A stretch of 64,000 nt of DNA from Alphaproteobacteria bacterium. GTDB taxonomy: Bacteria > Pseudomonadota > Alphaproteobacteria > SP197. Below the pieces are notes generated by a model that saw only the letters and a program-made list of their open reading frames with translations, was not told the origin of the DNA and did not search any database. This document shows, piece by piece, positions 47,608-57,244 of the stretch. Position 1 is the stretch's first letter; each line of letters opens with the position of its first letter. The stretch covers positions 3,924,071-3,988,070 of the forward strand of contig OY763008.1 in the NCBI GenBank assembly GCA_963666905.2, written 5' to 3'. A program made the translations under genes and the position numbers.

Positions 47608-49626
47608 TTGCGTCAGGGTAAGCCCTGGAAGGGAGGAAGTCATGAGTTAGCGTGACGGAAACTCTTCATCGTGGTCCAGTGGGTGCGACCCCCACCCGGC
47701 AAAGGCGCAGCCCGCCAGCCGGAAGCGAGTGTTGCGTGGCACGCGGCAACGTGTGTCGCGAAGCGTACACAGCAGGCAGTGAAGCCGCGCTATTGAGCCC
47801 CGAAATCAACAATGCCGGTGCCCTCGTGGTCCTTTGAGCGGGGGCAGCACCGGAAGCGCCGCGACAGGCGAGGCGTGACGGGCCGACCGGGGTCGCTGGA
47901 ACGTGTGCAGAGCTGACGATGGACCACCGGGGAACCTGAGAGGCCCGGCGATCGTCCGTGTGCGCGGGTGGCTGGATGGGGACGGCCAGCCTGAACAATC
48001 AAGTCCTGGCCCGGCATGGGTCCTGCATCATGCCGGGAGCGCGCGAGCGACGGCACGAAAGGAGCAGGAGCGCACGGTACCGGACGGCGAAGAAATAAGC
48101 CCAAGGGATGCGGCGCCGGGAGTCGGAGCGCCTTGATAGTACCGTCGAGGGCGGGGAACCGTGGCCATCGGGACCCGCCGGAGGGAAGCGGGGCGTCGCA
48201 TGGTCGGAACCGAAGGAGGGAAACACGTGAAGACGCCGCGCTTCGAAGACGTGTCACCGAAACAAGCTCGGATAGCCAAGCTGGCGAGGGAATGCCCCGA
48301 CATGGCGTTCACCACGCTGCACCACCACATCGACCTTGCGTGGATGCTCAAGGCCTGGGACCTCACCCGCAAGGACGGGGCGACGGGCGTGGACGGGGTG
48401 ACGGCCGCCGACTACGAGAAGGACCTTGAGGCGAACCTTGTGGACCTCATGGAACGGATCAAGTCCGGCCGCTACTACGCCCCGCCGGTGCGCCGCCACT
48501 ACATCCCGAAAGCGGATGGGCGGCAGCGGCCGCTGGGCATCCCGACACTGGAAGACAAGGTGGCGCAGCGTGCCATCGTGATGATCCTGGAGCCGATCTA
48601 TGAGCAGGACTTTCTGCCGTGCTCGTATGGCTTCCGCCCCGGACGGTCGGCGCACGATGCACTGCGCGACCTGCGTGCAGGCCTTGCCGGGGAGGGTCTG
48701 CGATGGGTGATCGATGCCGATATCGAAGCCTACTTCGATTCGATCGATCCCAGGCACCTGAGGAGCGCCCTCGACCCGCGGATCAGGGATGGCGTGATCC
48801 GACGCATGATCGACAAATGGCTGGCGGCGGGAGTGCTCGACAGGGGCGTATTGCAGCGCACCGAGACGGGCGTTCCGCAAGGTGGTGTAATCTCGCCGAT
48901 TCTATCCAACATCTTCCTGCACCATGTGCTGGACGTGTGGATGGCAGAGACGGTCAAGCCCCGCATCGGGGCCTGCCGGCTGGTGCGCTTTGCCGATGAC
49001 TTCGTCATCGCCTTCAAGGATCGCCGGGACGGGGAGCGTGTGCTTGCCGTTCTGGACAAACGTCTTGCGAAGTATGGGCTCGTGCTCCATGCCACCAAGA
49101 CGCGCTTCGTGGACTTCCGGCCCGGACGCGGCGGCGGTCATGACGCGCAGGACCACTTCGACTTCCTCGGCTTCACCCATCGGTGGGGCACATCACGGAA
49201 AGGCCGGATGGTCGTGCGGCAGTTCACCGCCAGAAGTCGCTACAGACGGGCCGTCAAGGCGGTCTGGCAGTGGTGCAAGCACCACCGCCACCTGCCGCCT
49301 GAGGATCAGCAACGGCATCTCGCCAGCGTGATCCGGGGCCACTGCAACTACTACGGTCTGACAGGCAACAGCAAACTCCTGACCCGCTTCACTACCGAGG
49401 TGGTCAGGAGTTGGCGACACTGGCTCGGTCGGCGCCACCGCGGAGGGCATCTGACCTGGGACAAGATGAACGTTCTCCTACGCCACTTCCCGTTGCCGTC
49501 CGCCAAGATCATGCGCTCAATCTATGCCCCTTGAGCGAAACTGTCATGCGAGGAACCGGATGCCCTAATGCGGGCATGTCCGGCTCTGTGGGGGGAGGGG
49601 CTCGGTAACGACCCCTCCTACCCGGC
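47608..49626 (+). mobile_element. group II intron with RT/maturase ORF
   Basis: Boundaries come from comparison with the empty site in the right IS copy. The 34-nt domain V candidate is at 49553-49586. The domain VI helix has a bulged A at 49620, 6 nt before the 3-prime end. The RT ORF lies in domain IV. Confidence 0.8.
48161..49534 (+). CDS. group II intron reverse transcriptase/maturase (no endonuclease domain)
   Basis: RT blocks RPLGIPTLEDKVAQ, GVPQGGVISPILSNI and the RFADDFVIAF (YADD-type) motif. The maturase X region reads RGHCNYYGL. There is no C-terminal HNH region. The start is uncertain, with alternatives near 48200. Confidence 0.9.
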   Translation: MAIGTRRREAGRRMVGTEGGKHVKTPRFEDVSPKQARIAKLARECPDMAFTTLHHHIDLAWMLKAWDLTRKDGATGVDGVTAADYEKDLEANLVDLMERIKSGRYYAPPVRRHYIPKADGRQRPLGIPTLEDKVAQRAIVMILEPIYEQDFLPCSYGFRPGRSAHDALRDLRAGLAGEGLRWVIDADIEAYFDSIDPRHLRSALDPRIRDGVIRRMIDKWLAAGVLDRGVLQRTETGVPQGGVISPILSNIFLHHVLDVWMAETVKPRIGACRLVRFADDFVIAFKDRRDGERVLAVLDKRLAKYGLVLHATKTRFVDFRPGRGGGHDAQDHFDFLGFTHRWGTSRKGRMVVRQFTARSRYRRAVKAVWQWCKHHRHLPPEDQQRHLASVIRGHCNYYGLTGNSKLLTRFTTEVVRSWRHWLGRRHRGGHLTWDKMNVLLRHFPLPSAKIMRSIYAP

Positions 49627-49757
49627 CCGCTTCGCGGCAGTGGGTGGTTGTTCCTGAGGTTGATGCCGTTGGCGGTCGGCGGAGCGCGGTTCCCTCGGTG
49701 GTAGCTTTCTCCCTGGTGCTCCGGCTGATCGGAGCCCTTTCCACCAGGGAGACAGTG

Positions 49758-50628
49758 ATGAAAGTCAGACCGAAGAGCGGCGGGACACCGGCCCGCCGGA
49801 AGATGATCGCGACGATGGACATGAAGGGTCTGTCGGCGAACACACAGGACAACTACCTGCGCAGCGTCGGCGCGCTGGCGCGGTTCTACGACCGCCCGCC
49901 CCAGAGCCTGTCAGCCGAGGAGGTCGGCGTCTGGGTGTCGGGCCGGATCGACGCGGGGCGCTGTCCGCGCACGACCAATGCCGACGTCTCGGCCCTGCGT
50001 CTGTTCTACGTCGACGCCATGGATCAGCCGGAGAAGGTCAAGGATCTTCACTGCCGGCGGGTTCCCGACCGGCTTCCGCGGTCCATCCCGGAGGCCGACG
50101 TCGGCCTCCTGATCGACGGCATCGACGACCTGCGCTACCGCACCGCCACCCTTGTCGCCTACGGCTGCGCCCTGCGCATCTCCGAGGTCGTGGCGCTGCA
50201 GGTCGACGATGTCAGGAGCGAAGACGGGCTGCTCCACATCGCACACGGCAAGGGCGGCCATGAGCGCATGGCCTTTTTGCCCGACACGGTCCTCGAGGCG
50301 CTCAGACGCTACTGGAAGAACACCGAGCCTCATCCCGAAAGCTGGCTGTTCTACGGCGCCGGCCCGGAGCGGCCGATGACCGCCGAAAGCCTGCGCGCGG
50401 CCTTCAACAAAAAGCCGCGACCGAGTGGGGCTCGATCGCGGCATCACGTTCCACTGTCTGCGTCACGCGGTCGCCACTCATCTCTACGAACGTGGGGCGC
50501 AGATCAGCGTGGTCCAGGACTATCTCGGGCACAAGTCACCCGAGGCGACGCGGGTCTACGCCCGGGCCACGGGTGTCATGTACCGCACACTCGACCATCC
50601 GGTCAAAGAGCTGGCTCATGCCTGTTGA
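49758..50628 (+). pseudogene. tyrosine recombinase (phage-integrase family) with a reading-frame break
   Basis: The N-terminal SAM-like/core-binding part is in one frame up to AAFNK. The catalytic HCLRHAVATH...LGHKSPEATRVYA part is in the +1 frame, from about 50413. Confidence 0.6.
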
Positions 50629-51819
50629 GTGAGCGCCCCCGAGAGGCCCGGCGTGGCGGACATCTTCCGCCACGCCGGGCCCGCATACCGTGAGCGTCAT
50701 CGCCTCGACGCCGTCGCGCTGAAGGTCATGACGTGCATCGAGCAGTGCCGCACGCCGGCGCTGGGCGGCACGTTGTACCGCTGCGGCGACTGCGGCCATC
50801 TCCATGCCGTCTGGAAGTCCTGCGGCAACCGCCACTGCCCGACCTGCCAGGGCGCCGCGGCGCGCGCGTGGATGGAAAGGCAGACCGCCTGCATCCTGCC
50901 GGCCCCCTGCTTCCACATCGTCTTCACCCTGCCGCCGTTGGTGGCCCGCATCGCCCTGCAGAACCGCAAGGCGGTTCTCGGCATCCTGTTCCGCGGCGCC
51001 GCCGAGACCCTGCAGGTCATCGGCGCCGATCCCCGGCGCTTCGGCGCCAGGATCGGCGGCACCGCGGTTGTCCACACATGGAACCAGAAGCTGCAGTGGC
51101 ATCCTCACGTGCACTGCGTCGTGCCTCATGGCGGCTTCGACGTCGCAAGCGGCGCATGGAAGACCGGCAGTCCCCGCTTCTTCGCCCCCGTCAAGGTGCT
51201 GGCGAGCTCCTTCCGAAGGCGCTTCCTCGAGGACCTCGCAAAGCTCCATGGCGACCTTGAGTTCCACGGGGCGCTGGCCCGTCTCGCCGAGCCTCACGCC
51301 TTCTCCCGGCTCATCAGGCAGGCGCGCAAGACCAGATGGGTGGTCTACGCCAAGCCGCCGTTCGACGGGCCCGAGGCCGTCATCCGCTACCTCTCGCGCT
51401 ACACCCACCGCATCGCCATCTCGGATGCCCGCATCCTCGCCTTCGACGGTGAGACCGTCACCTTGCGACACCGCAAGCCGGTGGCCAGGGCCGGCGACAA
51501 GCCGACCTACAGCACCATGACCCTCAAGGTCGAGGACTTCATCCGGCGCTTCCTCATGCATCGCCTGCCGAAGGGCTTCCACCGCATCCGACACTTCGGC
51601 ATCCTCGCCAACAGCTGCCGCAGCACGACCCTGGAAGCCGTCCCGCACGCCGGCCCTCGCAACGCCCCCGAGGAGCGCGACGAGCCCGAGGCCGCCGGCA
51701 CCCCCGCCTGTCCCAGGTGCGGCACAGCAACCGTGCCCGTTGCCACTCTCGACCGGAACATCACCAGCGAGGGCCTCGCCCGAACCATGGAGCACATCAG
51801 GATGCGCGGACCCCCATGA
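50629..51819 (+). CDS. IS91-family Y2 (HUH-type rolling-circle) transposase
   Basis: N-terminal zinc-binding CGDCGHLHAVWKSCGNRHCPTCQ, a HxH-type block (VHTWNQKLQWHPHVHCVV), and the Tyr-containing block YLSRYTHRIAIS. Confidence 0.85.
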   Translation: MSAPERPGVADIFRHAGPAYRERHRLDAVALKVMTCIEQCRTPALGGTLYRCGDCGHLHAVWKSCGNRHCPTCQGAAARAWMERQTACILPAPCFHIVFTLPPLVARIALQNRKAVLGILFRGAAETLQVIGADPRRFGARIGGTAVVHTWNQKLQWHPHVHCVVPHGGFDVASGAWKTGSPRFFAPVKVLASSFRRRFLEDLAKLHGDLEFHGALARLAEPHAFSRLIRQARKTRWVVYAKPPFDGPEAVIRYLSRYTHRIAISDARILAFDGETVTLRHRKPVARAGDKPTYSTMTLKVEDFIRRFLMHRLPKGFHRIRHFGILANSCRSTTLEAVPHAGPRNAPEERDEPEAAGTPACPRCGTATVPVATLDRNITSEGLARTMEHIRMRGPP

Positions 51820-52152
51820 CCATGGCGCCGAACCGCAGGACCCCGATCAGCGACCCCCGGATCGCCACGGGAGCGCTCGCGCCCGCCTCGCCGAACCGTC
51901 CGACAAGCCCCGGAGGGACCCCGACGCCATGCCCGAACGGGCTGTCAACGGTCGATCCCGCGGCCCAGTCCGCCCCTGCCATGCCCGCTGCAGCACCGTA
52001 GCAGGCGCGGTCCCCGCCGGCGGCAGCAACCTCAACGTCACTTTCTGCAAGTCGTGAGACCGTGCCAGGCGCGGCTCCGTTCAAACTCGCTTAGCGACGG
52101 CGCTGCGGCCGTCACTAACCAAGATATTGTGTACAGTTGAGCCAAGTTTTTT

Positions 52153-54116
52153 CTAGGCCGAAGTTCCAGCGCCGATCAAGCGCAAGTGGTTGATGTGAGT
52201 GACATTCGATAGGCTTCAGTGGCGCGTTACTGGGTACGTCATGGCTTCACGCCCAGGAGTTTGAACACCTTCTTCTGGAGTTGCGTGGGCCGCGTGGTGA
52301 CCTGGAAGGGTTCGGCGCCCGGCAGGCGGGGTGCGACGGTGTTGCGGGTGATGGTGGCGAGATCGCCGAGGAGAGTGCGGAAGCTGTGCACCGGATCGCC
52401 GTCGGGCGTTGTCTTCGTTGCCGCCTTGGCCCGGGCGCTCGCCGAGGCCTGTGCCGGCGCCACCACGGACGGCCGCCGGACCTCGGCGCCTTGCGTGTCC
52501 TCGTCGTCGAACAGCACGGGCTTGAGTTTCAGCCGCATGTGCCATTCCACGTAGTACGCGAGCATGCACAGGAAGACGTGGGCGCGGACCCGGGGTGCGG
52601 TGCGGTGGAAGACGGGACGGACCTTGAGGTCCACGGTCTTGAGGCTGCGGAAGGCCCGTTCCACCGAGCTCAGCCGCTTGTAGGCGCGCACCGTGCCGGG
52701 GCCGTCGATCTCGCTCTCCGGCAGGCTGGTGCGGATCACATAGAGGCCGTCGAGCCTGGCCTCGGCGGCGATGGCGGCCTCATCGCGCTCATACGTGAAG
52801 ACACCGTCGTCATCGATGGACCACGTGAAGTGCTTCGCCACCTTGTACTTGCCGATGACCTTGCCGACCCGCTCGCCGATCCTGTCGGCACCCGTGAGAC
52901 GGCGCTTGTCGCGCCGCGTCGCCGCGGCAATCGGTTCGAGCAGGGCCTCGGTGGCCTCGAGCAGCTCCTGGCGCTTGCGGGCACGGTCCTCGGCCAGCAG
53001 CGGATTGCGGCACACCATGAGGCGCTCGCCCGGGTAGGCGTCGCTGGCGATCTCCACCAGGTCCCTCTCGTCGAAGAGCGACATCTCCACCTCGCCGGCC
53101 TCCACCAGTGAACGGATGGCCGGTCCCCTCAAGGCGCTGACCCAGTCCAGGCCCGCAGGCTTCACCTCCTCGCGGATCCGCGCCTCGGTCAGCATTCCCC
53201 GATCTCCCACCAGGACCACCTTCGAGAGAGAGAAGCGCTCCCGCAGCGCGGCGATCTGCGAGGCCACGGTGGCCGGATCCGCCGTGTTGCCGGGGAAGAC
53301 CTCCACCGATACCGGACAGCCGTCCCGGTCGCACAGCAGGCCGAACTCGATCTGCAGCTTGCCCTTCTTCCCGTCCCGGGAATGACCGCGCCGGGCCAGC
53401 GGACACCTCGTCCCCTCCATCCACACCGAGGTGAGATCGTAAAGCACCAGGCAGCCCTCCCCGAGGTGGCGCTTCGCCAGACCCCGCTCGATCCTCTCCT
53501 GGCGCTCGAGGAGCCAGTCCATGGCGCCGTAGAGGTCGTCCTCGTCGAGCGCCGCATCGAGGATCTCGCCCAGGGTGCTGAGCGCCGTGGCCTCGGCCAG
53601 GCCCCTGGCCGTGGCGAGCTTCGAGGCGGGCTCGAGGATCCTCGCCGCGATCATGGCCAGCACCTGGTTGCGCCGTGGCGAGGGCTTCGGATCGATCAGC
53701 CTGTCGAGGCCGAGCTTCTTCACGGTTCCCAGCACCGCGGCGACGTGGCCGTGGGGCAGGGAACGGACGATGTCGAAGGCCTCGTCGAGGCGCCGCACGG
53801 CGGTGCCTCCCTTGAGCAGGATGCGCAGTCCCTCGACGAGGGCGGAGGGCCACCTGGAGAGATTGGCGAGGGTGCGCTTCTTGACCTTGCCGTCTTCGCG
53901 ATAGGATTCGCGCAACAGGATGGCGGGCGGGGATGAGCGGTTGGGGACGGCTTCGATGTACATGGCTACTGAATATAGGCATAGCGCATACATGTGTCAA
54001 GCATTATCTACATCAACACATGGGTACAATACAACGACCGGATAAGCAGACAAGCCAAGTCGAATCAACGACTTGACCCGAATATCAGCTGGAAATCAGG
54101 GGGAACTTCGGTCTAG
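52153..54116 (-). mobile_element. IS1634-family-like insertion sequence
   Basis: Terminal inverted repeats are CTAGGCCGAAGTTCC (52153) and the reverse complement of GGAACTTCGGTCTAG (54102-54116), 14/15 identical. A single 574-aa transposase gene. No matching flanking direct repeat. Confidence 0.7.
52239..53963 (-). CDS. IS1634-family DDE transposase
   Basis: The N-terminus MYIEAVPNRSSPPAILLRESYREDGKVKKRTLANLS is characteristic of IS1634-type transposases, and the size fits. Confidence 0.8.
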   Translation of the reverse strand: MYIEAVPNRSSPPAILLRESYREDGKVKKRTLANLSRWPSALVEGLRILLKGGTAVRRLDEAFDIVRSLPHGHVAAVLGTVKKLGLDRLIDPKPSPRRNQVLAMIAARILEPASKLATARGLAEATALSTLGEILDAALDEDDLYGAMDWLLERQERIERGLAKRHLGEGCLVLYDLTSVWMEGTRCPLARRGHSRDGKKGKLQIEFGLLCDRDGCPVSVEVFPGNTADPATVASQIAALRERFSLSKVVLVGDRGMLTEARIREEVKPAGLDWVSALRGPAIRSLVEAGEVEMSLFDERDLVEIASDAYPGERLMVCRNPLLAEDRARKRQELLEATEALLEPIAAATRRDKRRLTGADRIGERVGKVIGKYKVAKHFTWSIDDDGVFTYERDEAAIAAEARLDGLYVIRTSLPESEIDGPGTVRAYKRLSSVERAFRSLKTVDLKVRPVFHRTAPRVRAHVFLCMLAYYVEWHMRLKLKPVLFDDEDTQGAEVRRPSVVAPAQASASARAKAATKTTPDGDPVHSFRTLLGDLATITRNTVAPRLPGAEPFQVTTRPTQLQKKVFKLLGVKP

Positions 54117-54217
54117 GGACGGGAAAGGGGAACAGGTTCATCTGGACCAAGGACGCCGACCAGATCCTCGAATCCATCCAGCGTTACTGTAAATCTATTA
54201 CCGAAGCAGAACACTAG
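54117..54217 (+). pseudogene. C-terminal fragment of an IS630-family transposase
   Basis: Translates to GKGNRFIWTKDADQILESIQRYCKSITEAEH*, resembling the C-terminus of the intact IS630 transposase at 55032-56114. It starts exactly at the IS1634 end. Confidence 0.5.
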
Positions 54218-54607
54218 CGTACGTTTTTGACAAAGCGCGTCACGCTGCGGCTTGTCCTCCGTGACCGATGCGCAGTACGCGCCTGTGCAAGTAACGGCGG
54301 GGTTGGAGTGAGCTGTTTCCAGCGCTGGACATGGTGCGCTTGTGTTCATCAATCAACTCAACCGAATGGGATGGTTCACAATGACTGAAGTGCAACGATA
54401 CAATCAGGGATTGCCGGTGTCCACGGCCCGCTTGCCGCAAAGGGCGGCGCTGCATCGAAGGTGAGGCTCTCGTTTGCCACGGAAATGTTCCAAAGGAGAA
54501 GGGCCAACCATGTTCTATGTGTTTCATGACAACACCACCTCACGGGCCCGCACCCATGATGAGAATTGTCAATATTGCAATGGTGGCCGGGGAATAAGGC
54601 CTAGACG

Positions 54608-55028
54608 AAGGTCAAGTCGTGGTTCGGCTACGGCCTTCACCTGATCGCCGACACGCATTACGAGATCCCGCTGGCGGCCACCGTCACCCCGGCCTCGACC
54701 TCGGAGGTCAGCACCCTCGAGGCGATGCTGCCCGAACTCTTCGAAGAGAGTCCGGAACTGGCCCGCCGCTGCTGGGACTTGTGCGCCGACCGCTGCTGTT
54801 GACAACGATCCGCTGAAGAGCCACTTGTGGGACAGCTGGGAGATCTGGCCCCTGATCGATACGCGCCACCTGTGGAAGAACGAGAAGAAGGAGCCCGGCT
54901 ACGATCCCTTGAAGCCGATCACCCGTTCTCTCCATGCGGACTGGGGTCGACACCATTGTCCACACCGAGAAGGACAAGGTGAGCTGCATCAGTCCCGTGA
55001 CACAGGCGCAACGTCCGCTTGCCTTCTA
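54608..55028 (+). pseudogene. DDE transposase (IS4/IS5 superfamily) fragment, upstream part
   Basis: KVKSWFGYGLHLIADTHYEIPLAATVTPAS... then frameshifted ...PLKSHLWDSWEIWPLIDTRHLWKNEKKEPGYDPLKPI... The fragment lacks an N-terminus and is interrupted by IS630 at 55029. Confidence 0.55.
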
Positions 55029-56177
55029 GTGTCATGTCCCGCAAATACGCACGGATAAACGTTCGAGCTTGGCGAAGATCGCCTCCGCGGTGGCGACCCA
55101 TACGAAGGGCGATGTGGAGGCATTGTGGTGTTCGATGAAGGTCTCGATGGTCCTGACCAGCTGGGGCACGCTGTCGAACGAGCCGCGCTTGATGGCGCGC
55201 TGGCTGATGAGGCCGAACCAGCGTTCCACCTGGTTGAGCCAGGACGCCGAGGTGGGCGTGAAGTGGAGATGGTAGCGCGGCCGTTTCGCGATCCATGCCC
55301 TGACCCTGGGATGCTTGTGGGTTGCGTCGTTGTCCATGACGAGATGGATGTCGAGGTCGGGCGGCGTCTCGCGGTCGATGAGACGCAGGAAGGCGAGGAA
55401 CTCCTGATGACGGTGCCGCTTGCAGCACGTGCCGAGCACCTTGCCGGTGGCCACGTCAAGGGCGGCGAACAGCGTCGTGGTGCCATGGCGGATATCGTCG
55501 TGGGTGTAGCCTTCGACGTAGCCCAACCCCAGCGGCAGCGTGGGCTGGGTGCGGTCGAGCGCCTGGATCTGGCTCTTCTCGTCGACGCACAGCACCATCG
55601 CGTTGTCCGGCGGATTGAGATAGAGGCCCGTGATGTCGCGCACCTTCTCGATGAAGAAGGGATCGCTGGAGAGCTTGAAGGTGTCGCCCAGATGGGGCTT
55701 GACCCCGAACAGGGACAACCAGCGCTGCACGGTGCTCTTCGACACCCCCTGGTCTTCGGCCATCAGGCGGACGCTCCAGGCGCTGGCGTTGTCGGGCTTG
55801 TCCTTGAGGGCGCGGTTGATCAGTTCGGCAACCTTCTCGTCGTCATAAGTGCGGGGCCGCCCCGGGCGCAGGTCGTCATGCAGCCCCTCGACGCCACGTT
55901 CAAGGAACCGGCGCCGCCACTTGCCCACCGCCGACGCCGAGACGTCGAGCTGCCGGGCCACCGCGAGATTGGTCTGTCCTGCGGCACAGGCCAGAATGAT
56001 GCGGGCCCGCTGCACCAGGCCGAAGGGCATCGAGGTGGACTGCGACACCGAGGTGAGCTGTTGGCGCTGCTCGTCGCTGAGCACCACAGGGGGAAGTTGG
56101 CGTCCGCGTGGCATCAGGGGCCTCTCTTGTGCTGATGAGGCCAGCAACATATCACACGTATTTGAGGGACACTACAC
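55029..56177 (-). mobile_element. IS630-family insertion sequence with TA target duplication
   Basis: Inverted repeats are GTGTCATGTCCCGCAAATACG and GTGTAGTGTCCCTCAAATACG (18/21 identical). TA is found at 55027-55028 and 56178-56179. Confidence 0.8.
55032..56114 (-). CDS. IS630-family transposase
   Basis: N-terminal HTH ([21 protein letters not shown]), then DDE blocks [24 protein letters not shown] and WLNQVERWF. Confidence 0.85.
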   Translation of the reverse strand: MPRGRQLPPVVLSDEQRQQLTSVSQSTSMPFGLVQRARIILACAAGQTNLAVARQLDVSASAVGKWRRRFLERGVEGLHDDLRPGRPRTYDDEKVAELINRALKDKPDNASAWSVRLMAEDQGVSKSTVQRWLSLFGVKPHLGDTFKLSSDPFFIEKVRDITGLYLNPPDNAMVLCVDEKSQIQALDRTQPTLPLGLGYVEGYTHDDIRHGTTTLFAALDVATGKVLGTCCKRHRHQEFLAFLRLIDRETPPDLDIHLVMDNDATHKHPRVRAWIAKRPRYHLHFTPTSASWLNQVERWFGLISQRAIKRGSFDSVPQLVRTIETFIEHHNASTSPFVWVATAEAIFAKLERLSVRICGT

Positions 56178-56592
56178 TAGGATGTCGAGAAGGACCGCCA
56201 CACCCTCAAGCACCCATGCCCCGCGGCGGCCTGGGGGATCACCTGCCAGGGCCGCGCCATCTGCGAGGGCGACGGCGGGTGCCGTAAGCAGGGCCTGCCG
56301 GATCGTCCGCGCACCCCTGGAGACCGACCGCGGGATCTTCACGCCCACGCCGTGCGGCAGTCCCTCATGGAAACGCGGATACAGGGCCTGCACGATCCTC
56401 AAGCGGATCAACAGCCGCCTCGACCGGGACTTAAGGCTTCGACGGAGCACTTTTCATCCGCGGCCACGCCGGTATGCACTGCAGGTCAACCTCGCCTTGG
56501 TCATCATGGTGGCCCTGGCTCCGGCCAGTGTGCGGGAGAGCAGATCGGAGGTCATGCGCTTCCTTGTTGGCGCCATCCCCGGCACCAGCTGA
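56178..56592 (+). pseudogene. DDE transposase (IS4/IS5 superfamily) fragment, downstream part
   Basis: Continuation of the 54608-55028 fragment after IS630: EKDRHTLKHPCPAAAWGITCQGR...IFTPTPCGSPSWKRGYRACTILKRINSRLDRD...LALVIMVALAPASVRESRSEVMRFLVGAIPGTS*, with frameshifts. Confidence 0.55.
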
Positions 56593-56727
56593 TCATCGAT
56601 CCGCCCCTGGCCAGCCGGGCCCGCAGGACAGGATCCCGAGGGCCGAAGTCCCGAAGTCCCGTGGGAGAACCGCGTCCCCGGGCGTCCGGTATGACGCCGG
56701 ATCTACTATAGCCCCCCTGACCAGAGG

Positions 56728-56758
56728 CATCCTTGACACCGATCCGGTGTCAAGGATG
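56728..56758. repeat. perfect 14-bp-arm hairpin CATCCTTGACACCG-atc-CGGTGTCAAGGATG
   Basis: Read directly. It lies about 135 bp downstream of the transposase pseudogene stop. Confidence 0.6.
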
Positions 56759-57244
56759 ATGGCCGCACCCTCTCACCGAGCGCTGTCATCCCCGGGGAGA
56801 ACTCCGGAAAGGGCACACCGTAAAGGCCTCGAAGTGAGCTGACCTTGCTGGCTCTTCTCTTTACATTCGGAGTAGGAGGGTCGCGCGACCAGTTGGATTG
56901 AGGATGAGCACAGTGGAATACACACAACGCAGAACAATATCTTGGTTAGTGACGGCCGCAGCGCCGTCGCTAAGCGAGTTTGAACGGAGCCGCGCCTGGC
57001 ACGGTCTCACGACTTGCAGAAAGTGACGTTGAGGTTGCTGCCGCCGGCGGGGACCGCGCCTGCTACGGTGCTGCAGCGGGCATGGCAGGGGCGGACTGGG
57101 CCGCGGGATCGACCGTTGACAGCCCGTTCGGGCATGGCGTCGGGGTCCCTCCGGGGCTTGTCGGACGGTTCGGCGAGGCGGGCGCGAGCGCTCCCGTGGC
57201 GATCCGGGGGTCGCTGATCGGGGTCCTGCGGTTCGGCGCCATGG

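Larger units (their letters stand above)
47596..52130 (+). mobile_element. IS91-family-like element, left copy (2,516 bp plus a 2,019-bp group II intron)
   Basis: Once 47608-49626 is removed, this is collinear and near-identical to the reverse complement of 56934-59449. It encodes a tyrosine recombinase and a Y2 transposase. It has no terminal inverted repeats, and has subterminal hairpins at 47602-47607/49627-49634 and 52091-52118. Confidence 0.75.

Noticed and set aside
47683-47687. A canonical GTGCG pentamer that at first looked like the group II intron 5-prime end.
   Set aside because: The uninterrupted right IS copy shows the inserted block begins at 47608. With that boundary the 12-nt IS terminus (ATTGAACGAAGG) is found intact upstream. 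The GTGCG at 47683 would leave 75 nt of unexplained insert. A structural model is still needed to settle this.
52131-56933. The possibility that the two IS91-like copies form a composite transposon carrying cargo such as resistance or defence genes.
   Set aside because: The interior holds only other IS elements and transposase fragments. In addition, rolling-circle IS91-type elements do not mobilise DNA as inverted-repeat composites.
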